Shown: piece after piece, positions 1 to 6,706 of the stretch
How the letters are laid out: the number at the start of each line of letters is the position of its first letter
How positions within the stretch are numbered: the first letter of the stretch is position 1
DNA from: Myxococcales bacterium
GTDB taxonomy: Bacteria; Myxococcota_A; UBA9042
DNA length: 35,753 nt
Direction: 5' to 3'
Assembly (NCBI GenBank): GCA_037441385.1
Contig: JBBISH010000063.1
Coordinates: forward strand, 1-35,753
The notes under the pieces: model-generated
Database searches by the model: none
Told to the model about the DNA's origin: nothing
What the model saw: only the letters and a program-made list of their open reading frames with translations
Program-made: the position numbers and the translations under genes

Positions 1-1
1 T

Positions 2-2803
2 GCACGCTGTGCCATCGTCGCAGGTGCTGCTATTGGCGACGGCGGTGCAGCCGGTTTGGGGATCGCAGCCATCGTCGGTGCAGGGGTTGGCGTCATTGCA
101 CAGCACCGCAACTCCGCTGCACTTTGCGCCCGCGCACTGGTCTTTGCTGGTGCACGCGCTGCCGTCGCTGCAGGGGGCGGTGTTGTTCGCATGGACGCAG
201 GCGGCCGTGGGGTCACACGTGTCGTCCGTGCACGGGTTGCTGTCGTCACAGTTCAGTTTTTGCCCAGCGCACACGCCGCCGCTGCACATATCGCCCGTCG
301 TGCACGCGGTGCCGTCGTCGCAGGGGCTGACGTTGGCGACGCCGGTGCAGCCCGTCTTGCTGCCGCAGCTGTCGGTCGTGCAGGGGTTCTTGTCGTCGCA
401 GACCACGGCCTGACCTTGGCAGCCGCCGGCCTGGCACTGGTCGCCCGCGGTGCAGGCGTTGCCGTCGTCGCAGACCGCGCTGTTGGCGGGGTGGCTGCAG
501 CCCACCGCGGCGTCGCACTGGTCGTCGGTGCACGGGTTGCTGTCGCTGCACGCGATGGCGGTGCCGGCGCATTTGCCGCCCTTGCACTGGTCGGTGTCCG
601 TGCACAGATCGCTGTCGTCGCAGGCCGCCGTTGTGTAGCCATGGACGCAGCCCGCCTGGGGATCGCAGCCGTCCGTGGTGCAGGGGTTGCCGTCGTCGCA
701 AGCGGTGGCAGCTTGCGCCAAGTGGATGCAGCCCTGGGGCTCCTTGCAGCTGTCGAGCGTGCACAGGTTCGCGTCGGCGCAGTCTTTGGCGATGCCCGCG
801 CAGCTGCCCTGGTCGCAAGCGTCTTGTGTCGTGCAGGCTTTGCCGTCGTCGCACGGGCCGGGCACCGCCGTGGGCATGCATAGGCCAGTCTTGGGCTGGC
901 AGTGGTTCTTGCTGCACGCTGTGTCGTCCACGCTGGGGCACACCACCACGCTGGCCGGGTTGAGCTTGCAAGCCGGCTTGCCGGCTCCTGTTTTGTCGCA
1001 GTACAGCGTGCCGTTGCACAGGTCGCCGTCTTCCAGCCCCTTGCAGTCGCTGTCTTGCACGCACTCGCAGGCCTGCTTGACCGTGACCTGGCAGGTGCCG
1101 TAGCTGCACCAGCCGCCGCCGCTGCACGCGCTGCCGTCGTCGCACTGGTTGCCTTGGCGCACGGGCTTCATGCCGCAACTGCCTGTTTTCTTGTCGCATG
1201 TGTTGGCAAGGCACGGTTCGTCAAAGGTGCTGTCGCACGTGACCACTGACGCTGGATTGATCGCGCAGGCGTTACTCGTGGGGTCGCAATACAACGTGCC
1301 GTTGCACAGGTCGCCGTCCTCTTTGGCCGCGCAGTCGCTGTCTTTTTGGCACGCGCACACGTTGCTTTGCGCTTGGCATTGGCCGCCCTGACAAAACGAC
1401 TGTGGTGTGCAGGGGTTGCCGTCGTCGCACGCCGTGCCGTCTTTGGGCAGGGGCACCTGGCTGCATTGGCCGGTCTTGGGGTCGCAGGTGTTGCTCAAGC
1501 ACGCAGGATCACTAGCGGTATCGCACACGACTACGGTCGCGGGGTTCACCTTGCAGTGGTTGTTCGCCACGTCGCAGTACAGCGTGCCGTTGCACAGGTT
1601 GCCGTCGTCTTTCTTGGCGCAATCGGCGTCGCTCTGGCATTCGCAGGTGTTGGTGCCGGTGGTGCACTGGCCGTCTTGGCACACCTCGTTGGGCGTGCAG
1701 GCGTTGCCGTCGTCGCAAGCTTTGCCCTGGTGCACGGGGACCTGATGGCATTTGCCTTCTTTGGGATTGCATAGGTTTTGTTGGCAAAACGTGTCGTCGA
1801 CCGTCTTGCAGTTGACGACGCTGACCGGGTTGACCTGGCACTGGCTGGTCGCCTTGTTGCAGAACAAGACGCCGTTGCACAAGTTGCCGTCTTCGAATGC
1901 CGCGCAATCCGCGTCGTTCTTGCAGTAACAGGTGTTTGCGCCGCCTTGGCACAGGCCGTCGTCGCAGAAATCGCCTTGCGTGCAGCTGTCGGCGTCGTCG
2001 CACGGGGTGTTGGGCGGCGCCAGGACCAGCTTGCACTGGCCGCTGGCCGGCACGCAGGTGTTCTTTTGGCAGCTCGAGTCCTGGCTGCTGTCGCAGACGA
2101 CCAAGGTGGCAGGATTGAGCTTGCAGGTATACGGAACGCCCGCTGCTTTGTCGCAGTAGAGCGTGCCGTTGCAGAGGTTGCCGTCTTCAAACTTGCCGCA
2201 GTCGCTGCTGTTTTGGCACTGGCAGATCGCCGTGCCCGGCTGGCACTTGCCGGCCGCGCAGCTGTCGCCAGCGGTGCAGGGATCGCCGTCGTCGCAAGCG
2301 CTAGAGGCCGCGGCGGCCAGGTTGATGCAACCGCTGATGGGGTTGCAGCTATCGATCGTGCAGGCATTTTGGTCATCGCAGTCCAGGCTTCCGCTGCCCG
2401 CGCAACTTCCTGCGTTGCAAAGGTCCTTGGTGGTGCAGGCGTTGCCGTCGCTGCACTTTTCGCCGTCGGCGGTGGGAAGGGAGCCGCAGTGCCCGCTGGG
2501 GTCGCAAACCGCCACCTGGCAGGGGCCGTAATTCGGGCAGTCGTCTGCGGTTTTGCAGCCGCCGGGTGGGCTGATGTCGGCGCCGCTGGTGTCCGGCGTG
2601 TCCACGGTCGCTGCACTGTCTGCGCTTGTGTCCACTTCCGCAGAGTCGTTTGCCGGCACGTCTGCGGGTTGGCTGTCGCTGGCGGTCAGGTCGGCCGCCG
2701 GGCTGGTGCCAGCAGGGTCGCTACCGCAAGCGGCCGTCGCAACCAAGCCGATGGCCCATCCAAGCAGTCCAATCCACGAAATCGGTAGGGCACCGCGGCG
2801 CAT
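2..2803 (-). CDS. Giant Cys-rich repeat lipoprotein (CDDGNxCT-type repeats plus five ~96-aa 'EDGNLCNGTLYC' repeats); 3'-partial, runs off the left edge
   Basis: Hand-translated because it is absent from the ORF track (no stop inside the window). ATG at 2803 with GGAGG about 7 nt upstream. N-terminus MRRGALPISWIGLLGWAIGLVATAAC looks like a lipobox, followed by a D/S/A-rich linker and continuous Cys repeats (CSDGNACTTKDLC, CDDGNPCTTDGC). The frame stays open for 934 codons to position 2. Confidence 0.92.
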   Translation of the reverse strand, partial: MRRGALPISWIGLLGWAIGLVATAACGSDPAGTSPAADLTASDSQPADVPANDSAEVDTSADSAATVDTPDTSGADISPPGGCKTADDCPNYGPCQVAVCDPSGHCGSLPTADGEKCSDGNACTTKDLCNAGSCAGSGSLDCDDQNACTIDSCNPISGCINLAAAASSACDDGDPCTAGDSCAAGKCQPGTAICQCQNSSDCGKFEDGNLCNGTLYCDKAAGVPYTCKLNPATLVVCDSSQDSSCQKNTCVPASGQCKLVLAPPNTPCDDADSCTQGDFCDDGLCQGGANTCYCKNDADCAAFEDGNLCNGVLFCNKATSQCQVNPVSVVNCKTVDDTFCQQNLCNPKEGKCHQVPVHQGKACDDGNACTPNEVCQDGQCTTGTNTCECQSDADCAKKDDGNLCNGTLYCDVANNHCKVNPATVVVCDTASDPACLSNTCDPKTGQCSQVPLPKDGTACDDGNPCTPQSFCQGGQCQAQSNVCACQKDSDCAAKEDGDLCNGTLYCDPTSNACAINPASVVTCDSTFDEPCLANTCDKKTGSCGMKPVRQGNQCDDGSACSGGGWCSYGTCQVTVKQACECVQDSDCKGLEDGDLCNGTLYCDKTGAGKPACKLNPASVVVCPSVDDTACSKNHCQPKTGLCMPTAVPGPCDDGKACTTQDACDQGSCAGIAKDCADANLCTLDSCKEPQGCIHLAQAATACDDGNPCTTDGCDPQAGCVHGYTTAACDDSDLCTDTDQCKGGKCAGTAIACSDSNPCTDDQCDAAVGCSHPANSAVCDDGNACTAGDQCQAGGCQGQAVVCDDKNPCTTDSCGSKTGCTGVANVSPCDDGTACTTGDMCSGGVCAGQKLNCDDSNPCTDDTCDPTAACVHANNTAPCSDGSACTSKDQCAGAKCSGVAVLCNDANPCTDDGCDPQTGCTAVANSSTCDDGTAC

Positions 2804-2966
2804 GGACCCACCTCCCAAGCTGGAGCCCAGTAGGTTGGGGCGGGCTCGCTTTGGTTCAGAGGCTGCGCTGCGGCCCCTTTTGTGTCAAGGCGAGATCCCG
2901 GCCGCCCACCGCGTCGACCTTGTCCGCGCGACAAGACGGCCGGGCAGGGCGGTTGCGGGCTCGCTT

Positions 2967-3023
2967 GGCCCCGAGGCTCGCACCAGAAAATGCCCCCCAA
3001 GGTAGAAAAAGGTAGAAAATGCC
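2967..3023. repeat. Partial copy of the dispersed AGAAAATGCCCCCC intergenic element
   Basis: 2967-2998 matches 23088-23119 at 27/32 nt, followed by tandem GGTAGAAAAA/GGTAGAAAATGCC at 3001-3023. Confidence 0.75.
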
Positions 3024-3117
3024 AAAGGGGGCGCGCCGCCCCCTGCGACCCCCGCGTACGGCCGCATCCACGGCCGCGTAGGTCAACATGCTGATTTTCA
3101 TGGATGCCGTCGGCTAG

Positions 3118-3245
3118 GAGCCTGTCGGCAAAATGGGCGACACTACATGTTCATTTAGTTATACATTATGATCTTATTGGGTGTCGCCAGTCTCCTAGCC
3201 TTTTTCGTTTGTCCAGGATTGTGCCGGGATTATCCCGACACGCTC
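3118..3245. mobile_element. 128-bp MITE-like element with 17-bp imperfect terminal inverted repeats and CTAG flanks
   Basis: GAGCCTGTCGGCAAAAT (3118-3134) versus ATTATCCCGACACGCTC (3229-3245) pair at 14/17. CTAG lies directly on both sides (3114-3117, 3246-3249). The core is AT-rich and non-coding. Confidence 0.75.
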
Positions 3246-3269
3246 CTAGCTGGGCATGTTGAACCACTA

Positions 3270-3326
3270 CGGAATCCGTCTAATCCGGCTCGAAGACTCC
3301 GGCGATTCTTCGGGCCCGAATCGGGG
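3270..3326. repeat. One end of the repeat element also found at 16367-16510 (inverted orientation)
   Basis: The reverse complement of 3275-3326 matches 16454-16505 at 43/52 nt. CGGAATCCGTCT at 3270-3281 is identical to 16367-16378. Confidence 0.8.
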
Positions 3327-3393
3327 ATCGTATAGGCAGGCGCTACCGCCGCGGGCCCGTTGACCGGATTGGCCGGCTCCCGGCAACTGCGGT

Positions 3394-4521
3394 ATGCTCA
3401 TCCGCGGCACCTCCACGTGCCCGAGATGCCTCGTGACTCCCGCTCTCCCGCCCGATGGGCCCCGACTCGCCGAGCTGCCGACCCCCCTTCGCGAAGCGCT
3501 GGAATCGCGCCAACTCCCAGGCTTGCATGGCCTGCGCGCGCTGGCGGCCGCGCTGGTGGTGTTCTTCCACCTTGGGGTGCCGCGCGTGCCGGGGCCGTAT
3601 GGCGTGTTGGCGTTCTTTGTCCTTTCGGGCTTCTTGATCACGTGGCTGCTTTTGCACGAAGAGCGGCAGCGCGGCTCCATCGACCTGCGCAGCTTCTACG
3701 TGCGCCGCAGCTTGCGGATTTTTCCGGCTTTCTACGCCTACTGGCTGGCCGCCATGCTGCTATGGGTGGTGGCGAATCGCTATGGCGCCAAACCGGTGCA
3801 GTGGGGCCAGGCGCTTGCGGCGTTCACCTACACCACCAACTACTACCAGGCGTTGAACGGGGATCCCAACTCGCTGCTCAGCCATACGTGGTCGCTGGCC
3901 GTAGAAGAGCAGTTCTACCTGTTGTGGCCACTCGCGTTTTCGCTGCTGGGTCGCCACCGCGTGCTGGGCCTGGTGCTGGCCATTGGCGCGATCACCACGC
4001 ACCGCCACCTGCTGTATTGGGTCCACGGCGACCTGAATTGGGCGTACGAGGCTTTTGACGCGCGGGCCGACCACCTGCTCATCGGCTGTCTGCTGGCGAC
4101 CGCGCTGTGGCAGGGGCGGTGGCCGCGCCTGTGGCAGCGCGTCGCCACCCCGCAAGCGGCTTGGGTGACGGTGCTGGCGCTGCTGGTTGTGACCCAGGGC
4201 GACGGTCGGATCCCTTGGTTCCGCAACCTAGTCGGCTTTACCGTGGAACCCATCCTGACGGCGATGCTGATTGTCCAAACGATGGCCGGCCGCAATTGGC
4301 CGCTGCTGCGCGTTTTCAACCACCCGCGGCTCCAGTTGTTGGGCGACCTGAGCTACTCGACCTACCTGTACCAGCAGATGTCCATTGGGTTTGCCGCGCG
4401 CATGCCGCACGGGCTGGGCCTGTTGACGGGGCTCGTGATCACCTACGCCGGCGCCGCGGCATCCTATCGCTGGGTCGAGCAGCCGTTCTTGCGCTTGAAG
4501 GCTCGTTGGAGTCGACGCTAG
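3394..4521 (+). CDS. Acyltransferase family 3 (OafA/YrhL-like) membrane O-acyltransferase
   Basis: Motifs LHGLRALAAALVVFFH, FFVLSGFLIT, FYVRRSLRIFP, HTWSLAVEEQFYLLWP, LGDLSYSTYL and SYRWVEQPFLRLK, with many TM segments. The start could be GTG 3433. Confidence 0.93.
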   Translation: MLIRGTSTCPRCLVTPALPPDGPRLAELPTPLREALESRQLPGLHGLRALAAALVVFFHLGVPRVPGPYGVLAFFVLSGFLITWLLLHEERQRGSIDLRSFYVRRSLRIFPAFYAYWLAAMLLWVVANRYGAKPVQWGQALAAFTYTTNYYQALNGDPNSLLSHTWSLAVEEQFYLLWPLAFSLLGRHRVLGLVLAIGAITTHRHLLYWVHGDLNWAYEAFDARADHLLIGCLLATALWQGRWPRLWQRVATPQAAWVTVLALLVVTQGDGRIPWFRNLVGFTVEPILTAMLIVQTMAGRNWPLLRVFNHPRLQLLGDLSYSTYLYQQMSIGFAARMPHGLGLLTGLVITYAGAAASYRWVEQPFLRLKARWSRR

Positions 4522-4746
4522 GATTCCCAGCGGAATCAGCGGTTTGGTGCTCGCTCTCTGGCAGCTGTGCCCGGTGCCATGGTTCGGGTCAGCCGGACTG
4601 CCTGAGCCGAACCCGTCATATTCCCTCGCCAGAAAATTCGGCTATGATGGCATGTCACGGCCGCAGCGACGCTGGCGGGCAGGCGGGTTGGGTGATCGAT
4701 CCGGCTCGGCGGCAGGTCCAGGCGCCAGCGCCCGCCGAGGTGAGCC

Positions 4747-6009
4747 TTGTTCCCAACCAGACCGCCACACTTCTGGCTGTTGGCCGCGATCCTGGTCACG
4801 CTGGCCCCCCATCTCGCTTGGGCGGCCGGCTTGCCCACCTTCTTGGGCGCCCCCAAAGGCCTAGCGCCTACGGGCGACGTGATCTACGAAGATTACGGCG
4901 AGGCCGACATCGCCAGGGCCAAGGGCGAGCCCGAGCTGCAGGTGGGGCATCACTGGTACGCAGACCTGCAACTAAGCGACGTCGCTGAAGATATCGACTC
5001 CAAGCAGCTGTGGCCCCGCCTGGCCGCGAGTATGCGCGCCGCGGGCTGGGTGGCCGAGGTGTTCGACTCGAACCCGCCCCACGTCGCGTTGCGCCTGGCC
5101 ACCAAAGAGCGCAAAGCCTGGGCGGATTTGTGGCTCTTCGGTGCGCGCGATCTGCGGCTGCACCTCATCGAGGCGGCCCCCCAGACCCTCAAGCACACCT
5201 TTGCCCAGCCTGGAGCCAAGGCCGAGGACCTGAGTGACGTCAACAAACCCATCCCCTACCTGGCGCCCCTGGCCGGCAGCGGGTTTGAAAGCGGCGGCAC
5301 CGAGCCGACGGCCATGGAGGTCACACCGCCTGGCGGCCAAGAGACGGTGCTGGTGGGCACGCGCACGATTTTGCGCAGGTACACGGTTGCGTCCACCCTG
5401 TCGAACCTGCAGTTCGTCGAGGTCATTCGCACCGCCTTGGTCGCTGCCGGTTGGCAGATTGTCGAGGCCGTGCACGGCACCCACAAGGCCGATGCGCAGG
5501 TAGTTGCCCACTATGCCCAGCGCGGCCGCGACTTGTGGCTGGTCGCCCATCATGGCGCGGGCGAGTACACCTATGCCCTGGCCGATGCGGGAGACCGCGA
5601 CCTGGGCGCAGAGCTCAAGCAATCTTGCCGGGCCACGCTGACCGGCCTGTTCTTCGATTTTGACAAGGCGACCCTGCGGCCAGAGAGCGACGGTGCGCTG
5701 CAGCGCGCCCAGGCGGCGCTGAAGCAGAACCCCACGTTGGATCTAGAGATTCAGGGGCACACCGACGGCAAGGGCACCGACGCCTACAACGACAAACTGT
5801 CGCACGAGCGCGCCGACGCGGTGCTGAAGTGGCTCACCAGCCATGGCGTCAGCGCCGACCACCTGAGCGCCGAGGGCTATGGCAAGCGCGTGCCCGTGGC
5901 CAGCAATGCCACGGACGCCGGGCGAGCCAAGAATCGCCGGGTCGAGTTGGTGTGCAAGAAGGGCGCGGCGCCTCGGCCGCCCGTCGAAGACGCAAATCCC
6001 GAGGAGTAG
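4747..6009 (+). CDS. Exported protein with C-terminal OmpA-like peptidoglycan-binding domain
   Basis: Signal peptide ending LAWA. C-terminal FDFDKATLRPES...IQGHTDGKG...YNDKLSHERADAV...GYGKRVPVASN...GRAKNRRVE. The N-terminus is not a beta-barrel and has two similar segments (MRAAGW / LVAAGW). The TTG start is uncertain. Confidence 0.9.
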   Translation: MFPTRPPHFWLLAAILVTLAPHLAWAAGLPTFLGAPKGLAPTGDVIYEDYGEADIARAKGEPELQVGHHWYADLQLSDVAEDIDSKQLWPRLAASMRAAGWVAEVFDSNPPHVALRLATKERKAWADLWLFGARDLRLHLIEAAPQTLKHTFAQPGAKAEDLSDVNKPIPYLAPLAGSGFESGGTEPTAMEVTPPGGQETVLVGTRTILRRYTVASTLSNLQFVEVIRTALVAAGWQIVEAVHGTHKADAQVVAHYAQRGRDLWLVAHHGAGEYTYALADAGDRDLGAELKQSCRATLTGLFFDFDKATLRPESDGALQRAQAALKQNPTLDLEIQGHTDGKGTDAYNDKLSHERADAVLKWLTSHGVSADHLSAEGYGKRVPVASNATDAGRAKNRRVELVCKKGAAPRPPVEDANPEE

Positions 6010-6016
6010 AGCAACC

Positions 6017-6679
6017 ATGCGCAACGCGTTTCTGGCCATCCTGTTGTTCTCATCCTTTGCCATTGTCGCCGCAAGGCCTGTCGCGGCCGAAGAGGGCTGC
6101 CCTGCTGACCAGCGCCGACCGCTCACCGCCAGCGAAAAGCAGTTTTGGGCCACCGCCAAGCGCGCCTACGACCTGTTGCCCGGCCCGCCCGACCGCAATT
6201 GGCAAGTGCAGTCCGACGCCGATGTACCCAAAGAACCTGAGTACTTCTGCAAGCTGAACGCGGCGGCGTACAACGACTGGTTCAGCATCACGCTGGTGCG
6301 CACGTTTGCCCGCCAAGCGGACAGAGATGAGCTGGCGCGGGCGGCTGCGTCGGGCAAGCCGCCGGCCGATCTGTACCTGCTGTACGAGATCAGCCTGAAC
6401 GACGTGGCGGCGCTGGCTTGGGGGTGTGCCGAGGGCGATCCAGTTGAAAAGACGCAGGTGTCAGGCGCGCCCGCGCTGCGTTGCCGCCGTCACGGCAGCT
6501 TGGACGTGCCGTATACCGACGTGATGCTGGGCAAGCAAGAAGCCAAACACGACGCGCGTATCGTAGAGGTGCGGGTGGCGGTGGGCGGCGATGCGGCGCG
6601 GGTTGCGGGACTGCTTGGCAAGGCCAATTGGGCCGCTCTGCGCGGCTTGATCTCGCCGCCGCAAGTCAAGGCAAAGTAG
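6017..6679 (+). CDS. Exported hypothetical protein (220 aa)
   Basis: ATG 6017 follows GAGGAG, 7 nt after the OmpA stop. Signal peptide MRNAFLAILLFSSFAIVAARPVAA; four Cys. Confidence 0.8.
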   Translation: MRNAFLAILLFSSFAIVAARPVAAEEGCPADQRRPLTASEKQFWATAKRAYDLLPGPPDRNWQVQSDADVPKEPEYFCKLNAAAYNDWFSITLVRTFARQADRDELARAAASGKPPADLYLLYEISLNDVAALAWGCAEGDPVEKTQVSGAPALRCRRHGSLDVPYTDVMLGKQEAKHDARIVEVRVAVGGDAARVAGLLGKANWAALRGLISPPQVKAK

Positions 6680-6706
6680 GCGCAAACGCGCCAGCGAGGT
6701 AGGCGG

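Noticed and set aside
9..2788. Many overlapping ORFs in the track across 1-2800 (and similarly 31590-35746)
   Set aside because: They are shadow frames of the repetitive Cys-rich minus-strand genes. The 'VQGLPSSQ' peptides are antisense translations of CDDGNPCT.
4581..4613. Hairpin GGTTCGGGTCAG...CTGAGCCGAACC after the acyltransferase
   Set aside because: It has no U-tract and no clear homology to the other repeat families, so it is too weak to call as a terminator or element.
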